From NCBI RefSeq assembly GCF_030144855.1, contig NC_082708.1:75950001-76014000 (forward strand): a stretch of DNA of 64,000 nt, given 5' to 3'. This stretch comes from Hypanus sabinus. Lineage: Eukaryota. A program made the translations under genes and the position numbers. This document shows, piece by piece, positions 49,690 to 61,044 of the stretch. The notes beneath the pieces were generated by a model. It worked only from the letters and a program-made list of their open reading frames with translations, ran no database searches and was not told the DNA's origin. Numbering within the stretch: the first letter of the stretch is position 1; every line of letters starts with the position of its first letter.

Positions 49690-50385
49690 GCCAGTCAGCA
49701 TCAATGGAAAAGAGTACAGTTGACGTTTTGGGCAGAGACCCTTCATCAGGACTGGGGGAAAAAAGATGAGTCAGTGTAAGAAATTGGGGGGAGGGCAGTA
49801 TGAAACACGAGATGATAGGCGAAACCGTGAGGGGCGAAGTAAAGAGCTGGGAAATTGGTGACAGAAATACAGGGCTGGAGAAAAGGGAGTGATAGGAGAT
49901 GAAGGTGAAGGTGATGGATAGATAAGGTGAGAGGGAAACTGCCATGATGAAGGGGAAGTAGGGGGAACATTACCAGAAGCTTGTAAAATCAATGTTCTGG
50001 CCATCAGGTTGGAGGCTACCCAGACGGAATATAAGGTGTTGCTCCTCCAACCTGAGCTTGGCCTCATCACAGCAGTAGAGGAGGCCATGGACTGACATGC
50101 CAGAATGGAAAATGGAATTAAAATTGGTTGCCACTGGGAGATTCTGCTTTTTCTAGAGGATAGAGTTTATGTGCTCAGCGAAGCAGTCACCCGATCTGTG
50201 TTGGGTCTCACTGCTACACAGGAGGCCACACCGGGAGTACTGGATACAGCAGATGACCACAACAGACTCACAGGTGAAGCGTTACTTCACCTGGAAGGAC
50301 TGTTTGGTACCCTGAATGGTAGTGAGGGAGGAGGTGTAGCACTTGTTCTGTTTGCAAGCTTAAGTGCCAGGAGGGCCCATTTGCC
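49690..50385 (-). mobile_element. Penelope-like 3' fragment
   Basis: Shares GCCATCAGGTTGGAGGCTACCCAGACGGAATATAAGGTGTTGCTCCTCCAACCTGAG and CACCTGGAAGGACTGTTTGG with the other PLE copies. Confidence 0.85.
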
Positions 50386-52235
50386 TGTCAGTTACAGGCC
50401 GGAGGTTTATACCTGCAGTGTTGGGCACTGATTGGACTGGGGTGCCTGGGTTTAAAGATAGTCTGAACTAATTGCAGCTTTGCTCTGAAAAGGTTGGCTT
50501 GCGAGGTAACAGATAACAGCAGATGGATTCTGCCAGACCAGACCAGACCAGAGTTACTGCAACTCTAGAATACAATGGTCATGGCAAATGAGAGGATATA
50601 GCTACTGTTTCATTCCCTAGCAGAAGCATCTTTTGTAATTATAGCGGGGGGGGGGGGGTGGTAATGGCGATCTCATGCAGAATGTGCTTGACCAAAAGGC
50701 AAGCTAGCCACCTAAATGTGATGACTTCCAAAGAGCAAGTTGGGAACACGCGGGGCTTGATGTAAAGCCAGGAGTTACAGAGAAATTACATGCCGATGAA
50801 TGGGAAGGTAATGTCTAGATATCATGGGACGTAGTACAAATTGGTGATATACTTTCTTCGGAATAAAATACTCTTACTCTTTTTCAAAGTCCATGGTTTT
50901 TGTTTGTTCAAATGTTTGCTAGTAGAGGGCAGCAAGTAAATACAAATATTACATTGAAATAATAGTGATGTATATTGTTCATTATGAAGGCACTGGAAGA
51001 GGTTACCACAAACTGGAGATGTACATCTACAAAGCAGGTCATTAATCACAGCCTTACTAAGATGTCCCAAAGTGGGCAGAGTCCTTTCCTGCAGCCCAGA
51101 ATTGACAATATTCCATTAGGCAGAGATTTTGCTTCTTGTCTTCGGTGGAGTGGTAATCTCCACATCCTTCAATGATAATTTGCAGGGAGAATCCCTATAA
51201 GAGACCGTGTTAGGGATCTGGAGTTGTGGCTTGATGACCTATAGCTTATTAGAGAAAGTAAGCAGGAGATGGATAGGAGCTACAAGGAGTTGGTCACCCT
51301 GAGGATGCAGGAGTTAGATAAGTGGGTGACTGTCAGGGAAGGGAAGATCTCAGATGGTCGAGAGCACCCCTGTGGCCATCCCCCTCAGTAATCGTCATCT
51401 TGTTTTGCATGCTGTTGGGGGGTGACCTGACAGGATGACCACGGCATTCAGGTCTCTGGCACCGAGCCTGGCTTTGTGGTGCAGAAGGGAGAGAAGATGA
51501 GGAATGCAGTAGTCACAGGGGATTCCACAGTGAGAGGAACAGACAGGAGGTTCTGTCAGCCTGATAGAGATACCCACATGGTGTGTTGCCTCCCAGGTGC
51601 CAGGTTACGGGATGTCTCGGATCGGGTGCAGAGTATTCTGAAGGGAGAGGGTGAACAGCCAGAAGTCTTGGTACACGTTGGTACCAATGACATAGCTAGA
51701 AAAAGGGAGGAGGTCTTGAAGAGAGAATTCAGGGAGTTGAGTAGGAAGCTGAAAAGCAGGACCTCCAGGGTAGTAGTCTCAGGATTGCTGCCTGTGACAC
51801 GTGCTAATGTGCAAGAATAGCATAATCAGGCATATTAATGTGTGGCTGAGAGCCTGGTGTAGGGGGCAGAGCTTCAGGTTCCTAGATCATTGGGGCCTCT
51901 TCTGGGGGAGGTATGACCTGTACAAAAAGGATGGGTTACACCTGAATCCAAAGGGGTCCAATATCCTAGTAGGCAAGTTTGATAGAGCTGTTAGGGAGGG
52001 TCTAAACTAATTTGGCAGGGAGATGGGAACCAGAGTAATTGGGCTGAGGAAGGAGGAAACAGAAATGAATCAAAGAAAGCGTGCAACAGAGATGATAGAA
52101 AGGACAGGCAGGAGATGAGGCAAAACCACAGCCAGTGGGATGTGTTACAGGGCAATAGAGGCATGGGCAGTTAAAACAGAAAGCAACAAATACTGGACTG
52201 AAAGTGTTTTATTTGATTGTAGGCAGCATAAGAAA

Positions 52236-52531
52236 GTGTTAGCGTGTGGCCAAGTGGTTAAGGCATTCGTTTAGTGATCCGAAGGTTGCTAGTTCGGGCC
52301 TTGGCTGAGGCTGCGTGTGTCCTTGAGCAAGGCACTTAACCACACGTTGCTCTGTGATGGCACCGGTGCCAAGCTGTATGGGTCCTAATGCCCTTTCTCT
52401 TGGACAACATCAGTGGTGTGGAGAGGGGAGACTTGCAGCTTGGGCAACTGCCGGTCTTCCATTAAAATAAAATCCTGCGCCCCAAAAACTTCCCAAGGAA
52501 CAAATCCATGGTCTAACGGAGGCCTACTACT
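52236..52531 (+). mobile_element. tRNA-derived SINE nested in CR1, with a 10-bp TSD
   Basis: A-box TGGCCAAGTGG, B-box-like AGTTCGGGCC, GTCCTTGAGCAAGGCACTTAACC and a (CTA)n tail. GCATAAGAAA occurs at 52226-35 and 52532-41. Confidence 0.85.
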
Positions 52532-52875
52532 GCATAAGAAATAAAATGGATGATCTTGAAATTCAGTTACAGATTTGCAAGTATGATGTTGTGGCCATCT
52601 CTGAAACTTGGCTAAAGAATGGCTGCCATTGGGAGCTGAATGTCCAAGGATATACGGTGTATCGGAAAGGTAGTTTAGTAGGCAGAGGGGGGTGGTGTGC
52701 CCTGTGTATAAGAAATAATATTACATCATTAGAAAGGGATGACATAAGATCAGAAGGTGTAGAGTCTCTAAGGGTTGAGTTAAAAAATGGCAAGGGTAGA
52801 GGACCCTAGTGGCAGTTGTTTACAGGCCTCCAAACAGCAGTAGGGATGTAGATTACAAATTATAGCAGGAGATAG

Positions 52876-53423
52876 GAACATAGAAAACCTACAGCACAAT
52901 GCAGACCCTTCAGCCCACAAAGTTGTGCGGAACATGTCCCTACCTTAGAAATTACTAGGCTTACCTATAGTCCTCTATTTTACCAAGCTCCATGTACCAA
53001 TCTAAAAGCCTCTTAAAAGACCCTATCATATTTGCCTCCACCACCATTGCCGGCAGCCCATTCCATGCACTCACCACGCTGAGTTAAAAAACTCACCCCT
53101 GACATCTCCTCTGTATCTACTCCCCAGCACCTTAAACCTGTGTCCTCTTGTGGCAACCATTTCAGCCACACGATCAATGCCTCTCATCATCTTATACACC
53201 TCTATCAGGTCACCTTTCATCCTCTGTCGCTCCAAGGAAAAAAGGCCGAGTTTACCCAACCTATTCTCATAAGGCATACTCCCCAATCCAGGCAACATCC
53301 TTGTAAATCTCTTTCCATGGCTTCCACATCCTTCCTGTAGTGAGGCAACCAGAACTGAGCACAGTACTCCAAGTGGGGTCTGGCCAGGATCCTATATAGC
53401 TGCAACATTACTTCTCGGCTCCT
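52876..53423 (-). mobile_element. CR1 3' fragment nested in the + strand CR1
   Basis: LQLYRILARPHLEYCAQFWLPHYRKDV; GDLIEVYKMMRGIDRV..TRGHRFKV. Confidence 0.9.
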
Positions 53424-55274
53424 AAAAGGCGTGTCAGAAGGACAATGTCATGATAATTGTTGGAGATTTCAATATGAAAGTCAATTGGGAAAACCAGGCC
53501 AGTACTGGACCTCGAGAGAATTTGTAGAATGTTTGAGGGATGGCTTTTTAGAACAGCTTGTTGTTGAGCCCACTAGGGGATCGGCTGTGCTGGATTGGGT
53601 GTTGTGCAATGATCCAGAAGTGATAAGAGAGCTTAAGGTTAAGAAAGCCTCACAATATGATCGAGTTCACTTTGAAATTTGAGTAGGAGAAACTAAAATC
53701 TAATGTGTTGGTATTTCAGTGGAATAAAGGAAATGACAATGGCATGAGAGGGGAACTGACCCAAGATTGATTGGAAAGAGACACTAGCAGGAAGGACAAT
53801 GGAGCAGCAATGGCTGGAGTTTCTGTGAAAAATGAAGGAAGTGGAAGATAGATATTCCAAATAATAAGAAATTTTCTAATGGAAGAAGGACACTGTGGTT
53901 AACAAGTGAAGTCAGAGCCAAAGTAAAAGCAAAAGAGAGGGCATACAAGGAAGCCAAAGCTAGTGGGAAGACAGGATTGGGAAGCTTTAAAAAAACTTGC
54001 AGAAGGAAACTAAGAAGGTTATTCGGAAGGAAAAGATGAATTATGAAAGGAAGCTGGTGACTAAAAGCTTTTTTTTTGAGAAAGGATATACTGACATTGG
54101 AGAGGGTTCAGAGAAGATTCATGAGAATGATTCCAGGAATGAAAGGGTTACCGTATGAAGAACATCTGGCAGCTCTTGGGCTGTATTCTCTGGAGTTCAG
54201 GAGAATGAGGGGGGATCTCAGAAACATTCCGAATGTTAAAAGGCCTGAACAGATTAGATATGACAAAGTTATTTCCCATGGTAGGGGATTCTAGGATAAG
54301 AGGGCACGGCTACTGGATTGAAGGATGTCCATTTTAGAACAGAGATGTAGAGAAATCACTTTAATCAGAGGGAGGTAAATCTGTGGAATTGTTGCCACGA
54401 GTAGCTGTGGAGGCCAAGTCATTGGATGCATTTAAGGCAGAGATAGATAGGTTCTTTATTAGACAGGACATCAAAGGGGATGGGGAGAAGGCAGGGGAGC
54501 TGGGATGACTGAAAGAATTGGATCAGCCCATGATTGAATGGTGGAGAAGACTCGATGGGCTGAATGGCCTACTTCTGCTCCAATATCTTATGATTTTATT
54601 TGTATGGTCAGTGGTTGAGATTACACACATGTTGCAGAGTCTGATTACCTAAGGGCCCCTAATAATGATGTTATAAGATAGGTTGAAGAAAGCTTTAGTA
54701 GGTTTATTGGTCATTGTAAATTAGGCTAGTGTTAAATAGGCGGGTTGCTGGGCTGGAAGGGCCTGTTCTATGCTGTATCTCTAAATTTAAAAAAAGTCAA
54801 ATAAAGGTCTGATAGAGCAGGATGACTAAAGGAAGGAATGTATTGCTTCATGGAGGTGATTATAGTTTTGAAGATCCCATAAATTACCTTGCTTAATAAC
54901 CATGGTCAGATTGCACTAAGGATGGCTGAAAGCTGTAATGATTAAATTGTCAGCAGTGTGAAGCATTTGATAGTTTAGGATGCAGGGAGGAGAAGGTGAG
55001 ATTGGAGGACAATGACTTCCTGCTTCCTTAGCAGCAGCAGCCAAGACAAAAAGTTCAATATTCCTGGGAAATTTGAGATGGGAAAATGAAAATAAAGGAA
55101 TGAAGATGAGGAACCTTGAAATCAGTTTTTTTTAAAAATGTGGTTGAGTTTATGGTATTTAATGTACTGAAAAGTGTTATTTTTAACAAGTAGTTTTGGT
55201 CTATGTAAAGTTTAGTCTTGTATGTTGCTTACAATTTTTAAAATACCTTTAGTTTAATTAAGGTAACTAATTTA

Positions 55275-55413
55275 AAGACACAAACATGAGGAAATCTGCA
55301 GATGCTGGAAATTCAAACAACACCCACAAACTGCTGGTGGAACACAGCAGGCTAGGCAGCATCTATAGGGAGAAGTACAGTCGACGCTTTGGGCCAAGAC
55401 CCTTCATCAGGAC
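55275..55413 (-). mobile_element. Penelope-like terminal fragment
   Basis: AAATCTGCAGATGCTGGAAATTC..GCAGCATCTATAGG..GACCCTTCATCAGGACT is the same terminus as in the other PLE copies. Confidence 0.7.
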
Positions 55414-58400
55414 TAAGATTGATTTGGTATGTGTGAAGATGGGGAAGTGGCCAAACCTGGAATGTTTACAATAGAAACATGAAATCTTAACTTTCAGCAT
55501 TGAATTTGTATTCAGAGGTCAAAGGAAATGTAAATTTGTATAGTGAGTTTGTAGATGAATAATAGTTTACATTGATTTTTGTTTTTAAGGGTAACTGTAT
55601 TTGCACAATGAAATTCACAGAGCTATCTGTAACCACAATTCTGGATAGTGTGTGTGTGTGTGTCTGGTCAAGTCCCAGTCACATTGACAACCAATACACA
55701 TTTAAGTACTGAGTCGTTGGGAGGGGGGAGTTACGTTGCCACAGTGGAGATGTACAGAAGGGAAGGTTTGGTCTCCTTGGAGGTGGGGTGGGCAGTTTGT
55801 GTGTGCTTCAGAATTGGTCTTGGGGTTGGAGGGTGGCAAGGAGATGAAATGAAGGAAACAGTCATGGTGAAATGCAGAGCAACGTTCAGGGAGGTGATGG
55901 AAGGAGGGGATATCAGTGAGAAACTGGATCCAGTTTCAATAAGTGGACTACTGGAGCACACAGTACCAAATTCCCCAAAACAAAACTATCAGGAATTTCT
56001 CGGCATAGATTGCCACCTCATTTATTTTGAACTAACTTGCTTTTTTACTCTGATATAAAATTTAATGTTGCTGGGTTGATCCTTTGGCATCCAGCTAGTG
56101 ATATAAACAGCTTGTTCCTTTTGAATGAATGGACAAATTTCCCGTATAAAATGTTCTGTTCTACCTCAAATGCTAGGGAAGTGCCATTCTGGTGCATTTT
56201 TTGACAATGCTGATAAAAATATTCATCTTTCAGATTAGAAATGTTAGTTAAATATTGAGTTATATTTGGATATTTGCTGGAGCTGTGGAGATTTGTGCTG
56301 GCTATAAATGTGGAAATTACTTTGATCTGTTCAAATAAGCCTAGCACTGAAATCACATGCACCAACAAAGCTGACGGCTTCAGATCTGGAGACCACCTCT
56401 TTGATATATCTAGCAAACCAAACTCATTTTACTTGATTTGTTTTGCAATGCTTATTTCTTTTAAAACTGCATGTTAGTAAGTGTTCAGTCATGTCAACAA
56501 AGCAGGCAGTTTAAGCAAAGAAACTCCATTCATACAGATTCCCTCAAGGCACTAAAATCTGAAACAAAGATATAAAAACAAATATCAGCATAAAGAAAAC
56601 AGCTCTTCCATTTACCCCCCCTTCTCTCTATTTTTACTTTTCTTCTCTCCCCTGCTATCTTACACACAAAAAAAAATCGCCTGTTGTGTTTCTCTGAATC
56701 AACTAATTTGACATTGGAAGATTGACAAAAATATTGTACCATCTCTTCTGGCATCCACTCACCAGGATGGTGTTTATGGCTGGGCATACAGTGATGTTTA
56801 CAATATAGATATTTTGCTGGTTTTGGCTGTCAGCTACCGATATTAGAAGACCTATTTATTGCTATTAGAAGACCTATTTAGTGCGAGGAGCTGATGAAGA
56901 ACTGACTCCTGACTTCACCCACCCGAGCAATCACCAATTACCAAAATGCCATCAGGGAGACGCTACAAATCCCATCACAGCCAGGTCTACTCATTATCTC
57001 TGAAGCTGCTTTTCTGTAGCCTCTCCACAAAATTTAGGTGCAATACCCTAACTGTCCATGCACAGCATCCATTAAATGGTCTTTCCCGCTTTCCTTGTTC
57101 TGTTGATAATTATTTTATTTGTGCATATATTCCCATTTATTTAAGCTTGATTATAGGCATTTGCATAGGTGATCATTCTGCCAATTGATTGCTCATGGCT
57201 GTCTTGTAAATTTATTGATTGCTATTGTGTTGTCTGTTATGGTATTGTCCTTTTGTTTTATGCCTGGCACTGAACCACAATCAATTCTGGGTTGTTTCTC
57301 ATACTGGCAAGAAAGTGATTCTGATTCTAAGTTACTCGAATTTTTTGCAGTTTAATCTTGGGCAATATGTGGAATCACATGTTGCATGAGATGTCACTTT
57401 GCAAATTGTGGTGAAAAAACTTTTTAATATTTTAAATTATTCCCATTGTGAGTGAAGATTGAAAGTGCATTAGCATTGCAGAGTAAAGGAAGTTGTGTTG
57501 CTTTGTTCTGCTTTTGTTTGGGTGCTCCAAGTGGGTGGTCAAGAAATCATTGTTCAATAATTGGGAGTGTTCAAGAAGTGAAATGAGTGGGGGGAAATAT
57601 GTTTGAGGAGAAACACAACATGGGTAGTTAATAAATCATTATAACTTCATGTTGAAAATAGTTAAAGAATCACGCATTAACCTGAGTGCAAGTTACTGAA
57701 TCTGATGGTTGATTTGTTGGAATGTTGCATTCTGCCTTGTTTTGTGTGCAAGTCCAAACTGCTCAAACTGTGGGCTAGTTAGCCTCTTCACTCACTCTCC
57801 CTCTGCACTATGTCGACACGGGAACCTGATTTGCTTCAAGGCACAGAGTGGATAAGTGTCTTTATGAGTCAGCTATTGGTTTTGATAACATGATCAAAAT
57901 CTCAAAATCCTGGGAAGATTTTGATAATGTATGTTCCCACTTTGTAAGCTGGAGGTGGCTGGTTTAGGCCAGCTGAAAGCTTTTAAGTTCTCTCCTCTAA
58001 TGTGATCTCCCTAAAATAGTTCTTAAAATGGAGATTTCCTGAAAGCATTTAGAATCTAATTTAATGTTTAATGTTGGAGTACCTAGGAATTTTACAAAGT
58101 TCTTAATGTTTTGTCATCTGGCTGACAGAACTTCACTGTGTAAAGTGTTTATTCTTTTAATGTAGTTTCCATGACTAACAACCTTCTGGCAGAGGAGGGA
58201 AGATAAGGAAGGGGTTGGGGTGTGGGCGAGGAGGGAACAAAATAGCTGCAGGGAAATGCACCAGTGAAACCATGTGCAAGTCCTGGCTTTGACCTCTGCG
58301 GCCCTTTCCTGAAGGGGCCCCCATCAAGTTTGAGCTATTTGTTTGAGAGTAATGATGAAGGGGAAAAGAGAAATCGGCAGCTCTTTGATTAGCAGAGTGA

Positions 58401-59809
58401 AAGCTGTTAGCATGCAAGCAAACAGAGTTAGTGGGAAGTGCTGAGTCAGGAACAAGACCGGACAATCACCAAACAAAGCAGTAATGGAATTTATTTTACA
58501 GTTTTTTTTTGGGGGGGGGGCAGCGGGTGGTGCTGATTTTTTTTTGTTCAGGGGTGAATATTAACCATCAGTTTCTATTTAACTACCAGTGTTTGATGCA
58601 TCTGATAAATGCACTTTTCCGCAAAGTGAGGGCAAGGGAATGGTGTTTAGTAGTGGTCATTCCCTGCTCCCAAGAAATTCTGTTCAACTTAATGGATGTC
58701 GTGGATTGATCACAAAAATAAGTCAAATTTGTGATTTTTTTTTTGAAAGCAAGATTGGATTTTAAAATAACTCCTGGTGAAATCTGTAAATATAGCTTTT
58801 ACAAGGGTTAGTTTAATGCTCCTTTTACAATGTTAGTTTGACACAGTTGTTAATATCTATGCCAGAGTCAAAAAGTTATGATTTTATAAATCTCCACATG
58901 AAGTGCATTTGGTTGAAGTGTTATGGCAGTGATGTCTTCTTGACTAAGTACTAGGTTCTAATGTTTTTCTTGTATTTCACTGTTGTATTGTATTAGTGGG
59001 ACAACAATCATTAGCCATCTTTTAAATGGGAGAAAAATCATCAAGTTGTTCTTAATGTCTGCAGTAGAATTGAGTGATTTGTATTATCACGTTTCTCACA
59101 TTTAAATCCTTGTTCGGTATTGGCCCTTTCAGTCCTATCTCATTTCTCACTGAGGAGATGACCAGTATCTTCATCTCCCTCTTTGCACTAACTTTATCCG
59201 CTGTTCAAAGTAAATTTATTATCAAACTACATATAGAACCCTGAGGTTTATTTTCTTGTGGGCATTCACAGTAAATACGAAGTAACACAATAGAATCAGT
59301 GAAAGACCACCCACAGCAAGATGGGCAAACAACCATTTAAACTTGTTGTTTCTTCTGTGATTGCCCTAATGCCTTTCCTTATTTACAGTTCTTCATGTTC
59401 TCGCTCAATTTTATTTTTGTCCTCCATGTCAGAGGCAACCATTTTTGGCCGTTTCCTTTTATGCTTCACTGCCTAAATTCCCATTGCCCCTGTCAACATC
59501 ACTTTGTCAGTTTCAAGTTACTGAAAATGCTTTTTCCAGCTGCCGACTGCCAAGACTAACTTTGCTTTTACCGCATTACTCTTGATCTGGTTAATTGCTT
59601 TCCCAATCTGACTCTTCTATTTGCTCATACAAATTGGGGGCCATGGTGGGCCTGCTGTGGCAGTTAATGGTGAACTGATTTGTCATCCTAAACACCTTCC
59701 CCTCTGCATGTTTATCACCAACTTGCTTGAAGACTATTTATCTTCCACTTACTGCCCTTGAAGGAGTTGCAAGGACTTGACTAGAGAAAGTTGCAGTTTT
59801 GACTAGAGA

Positions 59810-60140
59810 AAATAATCACTTCATCATTAAGTGGACAGACCTTATATTTTTGGTGTAACTCCCCATTCTAGATTTTCCAAGGAGAAACATCATCTCCATA
59901 TCCACCTGGTCCAGACCCCTTGGGATCTTGTATGTTTAAATCAAATCTACTCATTGCTCTAAACTCTAGCTGACACAAGTTTCGCCTATTTAAATCTTCT
60001 CCAATGACAGCCCATCCGGTTGGTCTACAAAGCAGCTCAGAACAGCTTCATTGCCTTAAATGTGCTTTTAAAAAAAGAGAGACCCGGTGCTGCAGACGGT
60101 AGTACAGATGTCTCACCGGTGCCATCACCTCCCTACATCG
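59810..60140 (-). mobile_element. Degenerate CR1 3' fragment
   Basis: Complement of LFSLE..R..LIQTYKI-like and SRTRG-like coding segments. Confidence 0.55.
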
Positions 60141-60227
60141 TAGACCCCTAACAACAAACAAAACTGATGAAAGCCAGAGAAGTTCACTGTTTATTCCCCA
60201 CCCCCACCGCTCGCTGAATTCCTCGAG

Positions 60228-60232
<5 letters not shown>

Positions 60233-60267
<35 letters not shown>
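60233..60267. repeat. (TG)n microsatellite inside a PLE terminal fragment
   Basis: About 17 TG units between GCATTT and TGCTCAAGATTTTCAACATCTGCA. Confidence 0.9.
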
Positions 60268-60268
<1 letters not shown>

Positions 60269-60769
60269 GCTCAAGATTTTCAACATCTGCATCTCTTGTT
60301 AACAGCAACTTTCTGTTATCTTTTCCTATTACTCGCTACACTGGTTTTTCATGAATCATGCATTCAAACGCCAAGGTCTCTCTGCATCTCAGAGTCCTAT
60401 AGTTTCTCAATATTTAAGTAATTTTAAAAAATTTCTCTGGTCAAAATGGACGATCTGACATGTTCCCATGTTAGAGTCCATTTGTTCTTTCTCACCTCTC
60501 TTCACAATTTGTGTACCTTGTTTTTTGTTACATCATCAAATTTAGCAAAAGTATTTTCAGTGCTTTCCTGCTGATTGGGTCCCATTTAGTGAGAGGTGAA
60601 TTTAGCATCACTCTGTATCACAAGATCTGGGTGGACTGGACCACACCTCATTTCTGCTAATAATTTACACTGGTCTAAAATTTCAGACCGACTTTCTGGA
60701 ACCTCCATTATATTCAGACACCAGACCACAGTTGACTTGAACAAATATGATGTGCTGTTTTTTTGTTGT

Positions 60770-61044
60770 TGTTATCATTGCAGTTGTTGGCCTTGAATGC
60801 TGTAATTTTAAGTAAGCTCATCTCCAAAACCCTAGACCTAGGACTCAACCCCCCTTTGCAACCAAGTCCTTGACTTCCGATCAACAGGCTGTAGTCGGTA
60901 AGGATGGGCAGATACAATTATCTTTAACATTGCCCTCAAGGCTGCTTCCTCCAACCCCTATCCTATTCCCTGTACATTCAGAACTACATAGCCAAATTCT
61001 GGTCTAACTTTGTCTTCCAGTTTTTAAGACTACTACCATAGTGG
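60770..61044 (+). mobile_element. Rex1/Babar RT fragment
   Basis: LISKTLDLGLNPPLQ.., PQGCFLQPLSYSLYI (cf. PQGCVLSPLLYSLYT) and TTIVG. Confidence 0.65.

Larger units (their letters stand above)
51240..54597 (+). mobile_element. CR1 LINE with ORF1 SGNH esterase, ORF2 endonuclease, a large RT deletion (~54070) and 3' end
   Basis: VVTGDS..VCCLPGA..VHVGTND..VVSGLLP and DGLHLN (SGNH); YDVVAISETWL; LDWVLCN; then an abrupt jump to RKDILTLERVQRRF. Confidence 0.92.

Noticed and set aside
52240-52312. tRNA gene
   Set aside because: No convincing cloverleaf or terminator. It continues into a SINE body with a tail and a 10-bp TSD.
55679-55710. cag|T CAC ATT GAC (HID..) resembling the start of the next YAP1 exon
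   Set aside because: It continues NQYTFK, lacking QTTTWQDPR, and has no polypyrimidine tract. The region looks like an old minus-strand LINE remnant.
56841-56880. Short tandem duplication of TATTAGAAGACCTATTTA (similar cases at ~59778-59810 and (CCAGA)n at ~50533)
   Set aside because: Ordinary slippage-type duplications with no further structure.
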